From Antedon mediterranea (lineage: Eukaryota > Animalia > Echinodermata): 64,000 nucleotides of DNA. Shown one piece after another: positions 38,735 through 51,600 of the stretch. Where the stretch lies: positions 14,260,001 to 14,324,000 of the forward strand of contig NC_092672.1 in the NCBI RefSeq assembly GCF_964355755.1, in the 5' to 3' direction. The translations under genes and the position numbers were made by a program. The notes beneath the pieces are model-generated. The model was not told the DNA's origin, made no database searches, and was given only the letters and a program-made list of their open reading frames with translations. Within the stretch, counting starts at the first letter, position 1. The number at the start of each line of letters is the position of its first letter.

Positions 38735-39760
38735 GATTGTATAGCCATACAAGATGCAGAGATCATCAACATGTGCAAGGAGTTTTCAACAGAAATAATG
38801 TTGTACATTTTTGTTTCCACAAATTATTACATATTTTAAAAATGTTTCTTTGAAGCTACTAACATTTAGTTAAGGGATTATAATCAATTATGATGTTCAT
38901 CTAAGATTAGTGTTTCTAATTAGATAATAATTATGTGTAAAAATTATTCCCAGACATCTTTTCAAATTTTGAAAGTGTACTCATGCATTCAGTAAGTGAT
39001 TTGTGTGAGCCGTTCAGAAGAAATGCATTGTCATCTGCGTATTGTAACATTTTAATCTCAGAGGTATCAATTGTTAATATTTTGCCGTACCATTATGTTC
39101 ATCTAAGATTAGTGTTTCTAATTAGATAATAATTATGTGTAAAAATTATTCCCAGATATTTTACACCTTAAACAATTGTTGTTCATTCCTGTCCATATTG
39201 AGAAAATAAAATTGTTAGTTATTCAATTTAAGAAAAGAAAGTGTATTACAGGAGAGATGGTAAATTACCTATGGGTCAGTTGTAATTATGGTGTTGCCTG
39301 CTATCTTTATACTTTACATTTTGTAAAATACATGAATTGTTGATATGTAAATTTGTTGAGCAAATTTTTAAACAGCATGTTGAAATTAATGCACCCAAAG
39401 ATACCGGACGTTTGCATTCCTAAATTTGTTTTGGAGAAAATATTTTTATTAAATGGAAGAATTCCAAACCACCCACTAATCTATTAAATAAACATTTTAA
39501 CATTAACAAATAGAATATATAAATAATGTAGTAAATTTTGCACCCTTAAATTTTGACATTTTTTGGGCTGTGGAATTCATCACAAAGATATTGACACAGG
39601 AATTAGGCCAGCTCTTAAAGAATCTCTCTTTCTGTACAGTAAATTGCAATCTTTACCTTAAAATGCAAATACTGTGCTGTATATAGTATTAATGTGCAAT
39701 CTATGACCTTTTCTGGCTTTATAGTCAATACTGCATGATTTTTTGTATTATAGATATTTA

Positions 39761-39925
39761 AAGCGAATTTACACAGACGAATGGTAATGGTAAGCAGATA
39801 AACCATGTAGCTTGTCCCACATAGAATCTGTATCTATCCAGAAACCACCCGTCAGCTCCACATAAGGAATAACATATATTCTATATTTTTATTACCGTTA
39901 CCGCTCGTCTGTGTAAATTGGCCTT
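39761..39925. mobile_element. Short MITE downstream of the ECE stop codon
   Basis: aatttacacagacgaatggtaatggtaa is inverted at ttaccgttaccgctcgtctgtgtaaatt. Confidence 0.7.
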
Positions 39926-41777
39926 AAAGCATATTTAAGCCTACTGTATGTCAACCATGCCCTAATTTTGTCCCATACAATCTGGATGTAACTGGTTATT
40001 GTTCATTAAAGAGTTTGTGCAAGGGTGTGTATTGGGTTCATAGAAAGTGTATGCACATATCAGCAACTTATTGTGATGCGATGTGCAGCCAATGGATCTG
40101 TATGCAATACTTGTGTATTATCTATGTTATGTTCACATCATAAATAAATTTAAAAAAAAAAATCATTCATATCAACCAAAAGCTGGTACATAGGCTTCAG
40201 AGAATATTATTTTGATTATTTTAATGCGTATACAGGCTTTTTTACAGGGAGTATATATAACTTTTACATAATGTTGTTTATTATAATTATTAGCATTTTA
40301 CGACTTATATGCTTGCTTCCTTCACTTTTGCATTGTACAGGATATTACAGTAGATCAGTAGATTTGAACTACCTACTGTATTTGTTATTCTCTGCAAACT
40401 CTTGATTCAACTCTGCCGCCACCGATGATAAAGTAGCCTCCATTCTATTATACTTCATACACTTTCATACTTTTTTTACTTCTTGCAATTTACAATATTA
40501 GACATATTTAAAAATCAAGCAGGTAGTGTTTAGTTGTGACTTTTCAGTTAAATTTCATTGCCATTCAATGTACTGGTATAATGTATAAGAGAATCTACCT
40601 AATGTATTTTTAAGGAAATTGAATATGATGCGTAGTATGGAGCTGAACAAAAATTAATAATTTTATAGTTTTATAATTTACATTATAGATATATATTTTG
40701 TTAAAATCATCATTTATATTGATTTGAATACTGACTTTAACACCAGAAATACTATTTTATAATTGATATAATCTATATCCATTAGTGTATGGCATGCACT
40801 CATTTGCTGTTTAATGATTGATGGTTGAATGATAATCAACAATTAATGCTTTGTGCAATACCCACTCTATTATGAAATTGTATAATTAGTGTATGTTTAA
40901 AGCATTTTGTGTTGTGACAGCTTCCTGACAAGTTTATTTATATAAGTATGATACATATTGCTATTGACTGATGTATAATTATCTATTTTATTATAGTAAT
41001 CAAAATAATTTTAATATAGAGATTTAAATAAATGCTAAATTATTTTATCTTTATGTATATTCAGTGTTAATATATTATTACCTCCATTTATTATACTAAA
41101 TAATAGTTTTATATTAGACATTTAGCATTCCATTTAAAAGACACATTATGATGATATTATGAGATTTGAGATGTGAACATATATTGCATTATTTAAAATT
41201 AAATGATTAAATACATTTAAGATGTGAAAAGAGTCTAATACAATTTAAATAAAGCTGATAGGCCTATATATTTTTGGACACTTTTTAATGTAGATTGTTT
41301 AAAATACATATAGTGTATCATGTTTAATGTTTGGCATAAAATGCTTGAGTATGCATTATTATCTTCATGTATAGTCGTAATACATTCTGACCTTTATATT
41401 ATGGTAATAAAGTATTCATTAGTTTCGACACTAGAGGGTTTTAATGAGGAGTTGTATTACTGTATGGATATCATCTCTCCAGTATGAGACTTAAGAGGAT
41501 TTATACAAGGTCTTAATTCAAGAAAGATTGATATCAGCTCTCATAGGAAATAATCATCCAATCTTGGACATTTATTCGAGGGAGGCTTTTTTTTTTAGTG
41601 TATAGTAATATGGTAACATAAATCAAATAAATTCTCCCTAAATATTAAAACAATACAACACAATTTCATTAATATCAAGAAGTGATAAAATATAATGCAC
41701 AAAGCCTCTAAAGCGCTTGGCATTATTACCCCAGTCATTCTAAAATCCCATAATGTTGCAGCCAGTTATCAGCAAAA

Positions 41778-41965
41778 TTGTTTGTTTGTTTGTTTGTTTG
41801 TTTTATCTTTATACTGGGTGATCTCTTTAGTCAAAGACTGATCTCCCAGAGGGCCCAGTTGGTGATCAGTGGCTGTGATGTACTAATACACCGGGGTAAC
41901 CCCCTACTCGTCTCGAAAGATGTACTAGGTTCTTTAAAGTGCACACGAGCTAGATGTGTACACTG
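41778..41965 (-). mobile_element. Deu-domain SINE, 5'-truncated copy with (AAAC)n tail
   Basis: Reverse complement matches 42305-42390, then continues into a 3' region and an (AAAC)n tail at 41778-41802. Confidence 0.8.
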
Positions 41966-42168
41966 TGTTCTGTGTACAAGTTGTGTTCTGACCTTTACCA
42001 CGTACCCATTTGTACACCTATAGGATACAAGCAATGCGACGAGCTTGGATGCTACTTTTACTTATCCCATTCTTGTAATACAGTACATACAGTAGGTTAA
42101 GAAATATAATATATATTATTAGAATTAATGTTCTATGCCTATTGTGTGTTTATATATATAAAAGTAAG

Positions 42169-42390
42169 TGAGTGAGTGTGGCCGAGCGGTTAAGACAGTG
42201 GAATCGAAATCCATAGCCATAATATTGGCAAGGGTTCGAGGCTCACTCACTCCATGGTTCTGGTGGTAGAACAAGTCTTCTCGAATAAGGACTATAAACC
42301 GTAGGTCCAGTGTACATCTGGCTAATGTGCACTTTAAAGAACCTAGTACATCTTTCGAGACGAGTAGGGAGTTACCCCGGTGTACTAGTT
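42169..42390 (+). mobile_element. tRNA-derived Deu-domain SINE, 3'-truncated
   Basis: tRNA-like head with A-box TGGCCGAGCGG and B-box GGTTCGAG. Body aaggactataaaccgtaggtcc...aaagaacctagtacatctttcgagacgagtaggg..ccccggtg resembles the Deu/Nin domain as I recall it. Confidence 0.8.
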
Positions 42391-42572
42391 CATTCAGACA
42401 CACACACTGTCGTGGACAGACGTATAAGAGATATCTTGTGTTTAATGTACTAGTTCATTCAGACACACACACTGTCGTGGACAGACGTATAAGAGATATC
42501 TTGTGTTTAATGTACTAGTTCATTCAGACACACACACTGTCGTGGACAGACGTAGAGATATCTTGTGTTTAA
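42382..42572. repeat. 65-bp tandem repeat, about 3 copies, starting at the SINE breakpoint
   Basis: gtactagttcattcagacacacacactgtcgtggacagacg... at 42382, 42447 and 42512. Confidence 0.92.
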
Positions 42573-42696
42573 AATTAGCTTCATGTATACATTACTAATT
42601 AGGACTGTAAAAATGTGAAAGAACTCTCCTCATATAATTTCCAAATCAAGAACTTTATGTTCATCACGCATCTTATGTAGACTTCATCTTCTTTCA

Positions 42697-45600
42697 TTAA
42701 TATCTGGCAGCAGCAACAGATTCATCAAAATCTAATGCCAAATCTTCAACAAATCGGGAACTAGAATTCTAAAATACATTTAAAGTCAAAGCTAAATAAA
42801 ATACACACAATTTTATAAACATAAAAATATCCCTTTAGCATTTGTATATCTAATTCTCATAATATTAATAACTACTGTTAAAACTTGTAGCACCATTTAC
42901 AAATAATTAATGACACAGGGGTGCGTAAAAAACTTAATCAATGTCCATTATTGTACCACAAAAGGAAAGTCATGATGCGTCATTATTCTCTAAAAGGTCC
43001 ATCACTAATATTAAAATGGGTGTGTCATTTTCATGTAAAGGTAGGTCACTTTTTTGACGCAGAGGTGCATCATGGTATACATAAGGTATGATTAGGGAAG
43101 AGTCAACTCATCCTGGAATGACGCATATCAAAACAAATGACGGACTTCTCTCCCGGGGTCATATAATATGTCATACAATTGTGCATTAATAAATAGGAGA
43201 ACTTTCTATTATACAAATAATTTATGATGAGTGTAATGGTACAAATAATGGCACGAGGTGAATGATGAAAGGTTATATTTCAATGAGGCGAAACGAATAT
43301 AAAACATTCACTATTTGTTTTATATAAGTTCATCTAAATAAATTTCTGCCATTTGAATCAGATTGAATAAAAGGTACATTTTTTTTAAACCGAGTAAGAT
43401 TTATTGCTTTTTAAATGTCAATTTGGAAACCCTGCCTCATCAAGTATTGTGCAGGTTGTAGCCTTAAACTATGATTTGTGTATTGTTTTGAGCATCCAGC
43501 CTTTACAGAAATCATTTGAATGTTCACTTTAAAAAAGTAATATTAAACGATCGTTTAATAGTGCGTACTATTGCATGCCATGTGACCTATAATCATCCCA
43601 TTAAATGACAGAAATTTATTTAGTTGTCATTCATTGTGGGTCACATGATATTCAATAACTACCTCACCCCTATTATTACGTCATCAAGGGTGCAATTTCG
43701 GTGTACAACGCGAATGTAATTTTGTTTGTGTGGTTCATTCTTGTTACTCAGTGAGCAACCGGAATACACTACACGAGGCTAGGCTGGTCGAAAATCAATC
43801 CGTGTCATCTATAATCGTTCTACTCCACATCCAAAATGGAAGTGGTGTATTTTTTAATAGTTTATGCCTTTGCCTAGCCTCTCGTTAAAAGTCAATGTGT
43901 TATAAAATAAATAATAAATGTTTTATATTGAACAAATAATATCATTTGTTGAAAAATGAAATGTTACATTTTAACCTTTATGAAATTGTTTGTACCATTA
44001 CACATATAAAAAATTACAATACTTACCATAATCCGCTTCATTCTTGCATCCATCAGATGTGAATGATCTTTTTCTTTTTGCAACTGCCTCTCTATGGTCA
44101 TCATATGGTCTGAATTTACACTTTCACCTTGAGAGAACTCAGCTAATCTTGACAGGGTCTGTCGACTTAACTAAAACAAGAACAATTAGTTAAAACAGTA
44201 GAACCGTAATTACGTAGCCATAACATCGGCAAGGGTTCGGGTGGTAGAACGAGTCTTCTTGGATAAGGACTATAAACCGTAGGTCCAATGTACACATAGT
44301 TTGTGTGCACTTTAAAAAACCTAGTTCATCTTTCGAGACAAGTAGGGGTTACCCCGGTGTACTAGTCCAAACAAACACAGCCACTGTGCAATTTGGACTA
44401 GACCGTTTTAGGTGTTTAGAGTAAGTGAGAAGTTGAATAAAAAATAAACTTATAATTTGTAATTTATATACTCAATATTAAGAACTTTTTATTGTGTTAA
44501 CCAGGGAAGATTTGCTATACTTAAATAAAAGAATGCTGCTTAATACACAATCATTCTTTTCTTCATACCAAACTTGTTACAGACTGAAACACTTTCAAGT
44601 GTCTTAAATAAGTAAGTTGTCTTTAACAGAAGTGGCAGAATTCGCTTTCCTATCATAAAAACAAATTATGTAATTCTTTTGAACACATCTTTAACCTTTT
44701 TATGAGACGTTTGTATTTATTGTATTTTTTACCCTTTTGGGTATCATATTTTATTATCATATTATATTATTTTAAATTTAGACAAATTTCGAGTGCTTGA
44801 CGAAATAAAATATTATTATTAAATTTAGTGCCAAAATAAGATCAAAAGTATTAACCTGTAAAGATAAGTGTTGTAATTCATTCTTAGACTGGTCATGTTC
44901 ATGTCGTAATTTTGACAGCTCTTCTTCCATAAATCTATATTTCTTCTCTATGTCTAGTCGCAATCTCCTCTCTTCTTTAAATTGATCTTCTTTTTTTCTA
45001 AAAAAAAAAATTTATAATAATTTATTATATTAAATATGTGTAAAGTTAGATCACATTTTCATTGACATTATTACATTTGACAAATTGTTGAACTTATATA
45101 ACTGGCAGTGTAAACCCTAAAAAATAAACAAAGACTTTTCAAAATTAGCAAAATCCCATTAAAAAAAACATACATTTATTTTACATAAAACAAAAGCAGT
45201 TTTCTATACTATAGGAGAAGGAATAGGGGTTGAGGTGCAAGTCATTGTCAACTGGTCAATAACACAAAACATGAGTGTTACTCCTCAAAAAGATAATATT
45301 TGTTCATTGGTCTATAGATATAGTTGCTTTTTTCTGCCATTAGACCAGACTTCACCCACTTGGGTTCTAAATGTTGGCATTCTATCTTATTATTCCGCAT
45401 TGTGAACTATCTGGCAGCCATCTTAATAGATTATTATTGTTATAATACTTTATGTGGTTTCTCATTAGTTTCTTTGTATAACCTCCTTAGTATCTTAGAT
45501 AATTTAAATTGTATTATTCTTTTAACTACTGTGCAGGTTGTGTGCTTTGCAAGATTTATATATACGGCCATACTGCGTTGAAACACCGGTTCTCGTCAGA

Positions 45601-48600
45601 TCACCGAAGTTAAGCAACGTTGGGCCCGGTTGCGTTCTGGATGGGAGACCGTCTAGAAATCGTGGCGGGTGCTGTATATACTGGAGAGTGATGGTGTAAT
45701 GGTAATATCGGACTAGCATGTGATAGGCATGGGTTCGAGGTTACCTGTACCATACTAATTGCATCCTTAGGCAAGATGCTTTACTCTCATTGCCTAATTT
45801 CCTCACTGAGGACAAATATTAATACAAAATACAAAAAAAAAAAAAAATTTACCTTAATTTGTCCTCAACATTAGATTGTCCTTTAACAACTGTTTGTATC
45901 TCTGCTTGTAGGTCTGAAATCTGTGTTAGGAACGTAGCAATAGTCTGCATTTGCTCAGAGTTCTTCATAATATACTGGTTTCGAACTTGCTCAAGTTCTT
46001 CTAACTCAACACTCATTTCCTAAAAGAATAACAAGAATTATATAGAAGACAAAAACATAGAACAAAAAAAAAACATGGATAAAACCCTCTAAATTAAATT
46101 AAATTAACAGTCACAGCAATGGTTTGATTTTTGTTCTACATCACATACAGTTTAACTGATATATTTACATTGGACTTTCCAGCTCGGTAGACAGCTCATG
46201 TAGTGACCACGAAAATTCCAGAATACTAATGCCAGTGCTAAAACTACAATTTAAATGTTTGTTTGATTCACAGAAAAACAAATAAATTATCCATACCTCA
46301 ATTTTCTTATTTGTGTCTTGTGATTGTTTTCTTTTATTATGACATTGTTGCAGTTGAGTTTTCTGCCCAATGATTCTTAGTTTTTGTTTGTTATTTGTTT
46401 CATCCATTTCTTGTATTTTCAATTTTTGTTGTTCACATGTCGAGTTCAAATCTGTTATCTGTTAATCAACATTAGAATAGATTTGCAACATTAAGGCATA
46501 CAAATCATAACCAATAAATAATAAAGGTGTTTATATTTTTTCCAATAAATCGATCTTGTATCTCATGACATTGATTATTAATTAGGTTACATTAAATAGT
46601 TGAGTAAAGTTGAAAAAAAAGATGTCTGTAAAAAGGTTGAGATTGACAGGCAAAGCAATATTAATTAAAACTAGATGGGTCTCAACCCAATTTGTGTTTT
46701 GTAAGATTAGGGATGGGGAAGTGAGACAGTAATGAAATTTATTTGTTTTCATGTTTTATAAATAATGTACCCATAAACATAGTTGTTGAAACTTTCACTT
46801 TCATAGTTGATTGAATCGTAAATTAGCATGTAACGGTACACCACTACGACATTTATATTTTTTTTTGTAATTATTAATCAATACAAACGTTGAGAAGCAA
46901 CTGTCAGTAATAAAGTTTATTTGTGTTTATGTATCTAACAATAATAATCGTCAATAACTAATTATCTAACTCAATTTAATTTTCACCAGGGTTTTATAGA
47001 TTTATATACCATCTTATGAAATAAGAAGAGTTACATAATATACCAAGACTAGTCACAATCTTACAAATCAAACAAATGTGAAGTGCTAGAACATAGAGTA
47101 AGCATGACCATCAATTAGGCCACCACTATAGGGTATCAACAATGACCATCAATTAGGCCACCATTATAGGGTATCAACAATGATCATCAATTAGGCCACC
47201 ATTATAGGGTATCAACAAAGACCATCAATTAGGCCACCACTATAGGGTATCAACAATGACCATCAATTAGGCCACCACTATAGGGTATCAACAATGACCA
47301 TCAATTAGGCCACCACTATAGGGTATCAACAATGACCATCAATTAGGCCACCGCTATAGGGTACCAGAGGCATACAACAACATTTTGAAACATCCTGACA
47401 GCTAGTTCTGTAATTGCAGATGTCCATTTTGAAACTTGTCCTCCATCTTCTTGAACCCTTGACGTGGTTGTTCTTGAAGGTTTGCATAGCAAAATCAATA
47501 TGTTGATATAAAGATTGTATGTAGTCCTAAAAAGAACCGTTGAGCTTCTCAAAGTGTATTGATCGAAACGCCAAGAAACTTTACAGTTCTTTTCAGAACT
47601 ACATAATGTGGTGTAACGCAAACTTTATATCAAAATAATGATCACATCATACATAATTAGCCATCCCAGACTAAATCTAATTACATTACCTTTAATTGTG
47701 ATAACTGGTTGGCTTGTCGTAATCTGTTTATCTCTCTAGAGGCTTGTTTTTTCTCTTTTTCATTCTCTGCATCTGTTCCTAATTGCATTTTGACTATTTT
47801 TTCTTTTAAAGTTTGAATATCTTTTGCTGCTACTTCTTTCTCTCGTTTTCTGAAAAATATATATTTTATAATAGTTTTTTTTTTCAGTATTGTGTTGAAA
47901 AGTGAAAGTACTGTAGATAGTGTGTACTGTACCTTGTCTGCTGGATCTGCTTTAGTTGGTGTTGTTTTGATTGCACTTCAATATCTTTCTTATTAAGTGT
48001 GTTTTGGAGTGTCTCATTCATTGTATGTAATTTGTCAAGTTGGGAAAGCAAGCTAGTTTTCTCAGTTCTTTCAGCTTCTAACTCTGATTTTAATGGTGCT
48101 ACCTAAGTCATACAAAATAATATTAACAGGAATAGAATAACAAAACATTCACACAAGTATAGTGATGACATTATAGTTTCCATATATGGGCACATCACAT
48201 TTTTTGTCCGATGCAGTTTGATAGTGAAGACCGAACTTTAAACAATATTGAGGTGGTATAAATGATATACACTACACTACCAATAATTTAGTGATATGAC
48301 ATCATCATGTCCATATATGGGCACATCAAATTTGTTTATTCCATGAAGTTTGATAGTGTACACAGAAACAATATTGAGGTGGTATGACTGATATAATGCA
48401 CTGTGTTTTTTTGTTGTTTTTTTTCCAGTTGTGCATATTTTATTTATTATTTATTTTATTAGGAAATTGTACAAATACAGAGTGAACAATAACAATATTC
48501 TATATCCAGATAGAGAGAAATATAAAAAATTAATACTAACTCTGTCCAACTGGCCAGTTTCCATGGAAACAAGTTGTTCTTGAAGGACTATCATGTCATC

Positions 48601-51600
48601 ACTGATCAGTTTCAAGGATTCTTCATACTTTTGTCTTTAAAAATATAAACACTGTTTAGTAAAGTTGATATGCAATTGGCTTAACATGTACCTGGTTTAA
48701 CCATGGAGCTGGTTAAACACAAATAGGGAAAGCACACCATTGATGGTTCATACAGTAATAGGAAACATTAATGACAACACTTCCAACAAAATCAAACATT
48801 TTAAGACTGCAACATACTAGAAAAATAGATAAACATACATAAACAAACAAAAATTATTTTTTAATTCTAGAATATGATAACCATTTATGTCTTTGATAAA
48901 ACAATATTGTTTAAAACCCAATCAAATGACATGATCAATAAGAACAATAAAAATAATTGTAGTGTTGTTATTATTTAACAATGGGCTATGTATAAGCTCC
49001 CTAAGTTGCCTCTAGTTACAATAGCGCAAACATGATGATGAATATCGTTCCCTCATTTTATAAATATTGGAGAAACTTCATCCATAGTTTTAAGAACAGA
49101 ATTCATGACAGTTGTAATATTATAATTCAAACCATAGTTAATGTACTTCTACAATCCAACCTGGTTGGTTGGTTGGTGCAAATGAATATTATAGGATATT
49201 TTAGTTTGGTTTTGTAGAAGATGTTCTTGTTACTTTCCTGGTGAAATTTGTTTTCTTTTTGTTGTTTTGTATGTTTTTTATATGAATGTTCTATCCAAAA
49301 TAAATGAATGAATGAATTTAATTGCTCTTACTAATTATGAAGTCATTTGATTGGATTGGATATTATTATCAAGCACCATAAATGGCTATCCTATAATGTA
49401 GTTCTAGGATGAAAAAAAGAAATACATATTAATATAGCTATCATCAATCTTTATCATCCAAGTACAAATGGGTCTAGTTTTATGAAATCAACTCAACTAC
49501 CATTCTGACATCTTAAAAATCTACATATCAAATATTACAATATTATTTACTTTCCATTCTCAAAAGTTGCTATTTCTGCATCCTTTTTGCCCAATTCTTT
49601 TTGCAGTTTCTCTAGCAGTAATTGTAGTTTGCTATGTGACTGCATAATACTCTTGATGGTGGCAGCCATCTTGGAATTATTCTGTTTTGCAGCTTGTAAT
49701 TTGTTTAGTAGATGTTGTATCTTTTCTTGCTGTTGATAATCTTGTTTTTTAAGTTGTTCTTGAAACATGTCATTCTCGTTTATTACTTCATCTCGACTTT
49801 TCTTTACTTCTTTTATTTCAAGATCTTTTTGTTTTTCAGTTGCTACTAACTAAAACACAAACAATTATCAAGCACAGAAGAGTTAACTGAAAAAGAACTT
49901 TTCGGTTCACAAAATTTGAAAAAAAAAAAATTAATTAATCAACCGTTAAAAATAAGAAGGAATGGGGAGAAGAATGCTAAAGGCCAAAGGGGTGTGTGTT
50001 TATGTTAATTTTTGAAAGCAACCCATTCTTTTCTATTAGAGACTTTCCAATAGGGTGAAATGTTTTTGAAAAATATTCACATATAAATACAGTAAAAAAA
50101 AAAATACCTGCTTTAACTTGTTATCCATTTTTTTCTGATCAACATTCACCATACTTAATGCAGAACTTAACTATGCACACAAATAAAACACAAAATGTTA
50201 TTGTGGAATAGTGATACCAGTACTGTATCTGGAATTCATGACTTTAAAATGCATTGAATTTCTTGAAAATTAAAAAATAAAGATTGAAAAATCTGTAGGG
50301 GATAACTTGTTCAACCAGGGATTCAGTATGTCAATGACCTAATGGTCACACAAGACAAATGGTACAATACCTAAAATCTACTTTATATGTCACAAAATAT
50401 ATGTATTTTTCCCTTTTCAATACAAAAGAAAAATGTTGTTGCTCCAGGTTTTAAATGTCTGTTATTTATCAGAAAATATATACCTTTGCAACAAAGTTTA
50501 TAATAACACCACTATTTTTTGCCTTTTCAGTTTTCAGGTAAATAATTTTTGTTTTTTTCAGTTTTTTATCAAAGATAATAAATATTATGTGACATTTAAA
50601 CATTTTTTTAAGGGGGGGGGGGGCAATAATATCTTTAAGAATAGTCTAATCAAAACTTACTGATGTTACTTTACTTTGAAGGGCAGCATTGGTTCTCTTT
50701 AGATGAGTGACCTCTGACCTAGCATCTGTTATGGCTGCAATCTGTTGTTTTAAGTGCATGAGTTGGCTTTGTAGACGGCCATTTTCATACGCCAGCTGGT
50801 TTTTACTATCTGACAATTCAACTAGTGAACTCTCAACTGTTATTTGAGAAGACTGATAAAATGAAAATTAAGTAATTAAGTAATTACTTAAGCAACCCCT
50901 TAAAATATTAAATTTTATTTAGCGAAATAAACATATCTTTTTTTTAAAATGTTATAGTTTGTGCAATTATAGGACATTTTTTATGAAAAATATAGATCTG
51001 ATATTATTTTGTAGGCACTGATGAAAGACAACTTAGAATGTAGTAGAAGATTGAGAGTCAACTCTCTTCAATGGGAATAGAGTGGCTGTGTTGTTACGCT
51101 GTGTTGGCTACTTTATTTGAGTAGTAACATGTAGTACCTGTTGCTGTTCAAGGAAGTTAATCCTGTCAAGTAATTTGTCTATTTCAAGCTGTAAGTGACA
51201 TTTCTCATTTGTTATTGTTGACATTTCTATCTTTGCCTCTTCTAGTTCCTGCTGCATTCTAGAATGCTCAGCAGACATTCCATCTACTGCAAAGTTTACC
51301 TTTCAGAATGAAGAAAAACAAGTTATTAAAGAAATAACCTTGTCTGATGTAATATTTCAGAAATTTACACTATATTTTGTGTTACTTAAAATGCAAGAAA
51401 TAGAAAATTGGAGATCAAAATCAGTGTCAGCTTAACGCAGAATGTGCAGATGACGTTGTGGCTGATGCATATGCTGGTGGCAAGAGGCATCGTACCGTTT
51501 ATTTCAGATTGATTCAAGTTCTTTACATAACCCTCAGTCATCCAGTCAAAACCCATAAACCACACCAGTGAAATAGTCAAATCTCAGAATTGCTCCCAAA

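Noticed and set aside
42169-42254. Functional tRNA-Ser gene
   Set aside because: The arms are imperfect, it continues directly into a SINE body, and the sister copy has a different anticodon region.
45560-45679. Functional 5S rRNA gene
   Set aside because: Solitary, with altered ends and internal indels, and no oligo-T terminator.
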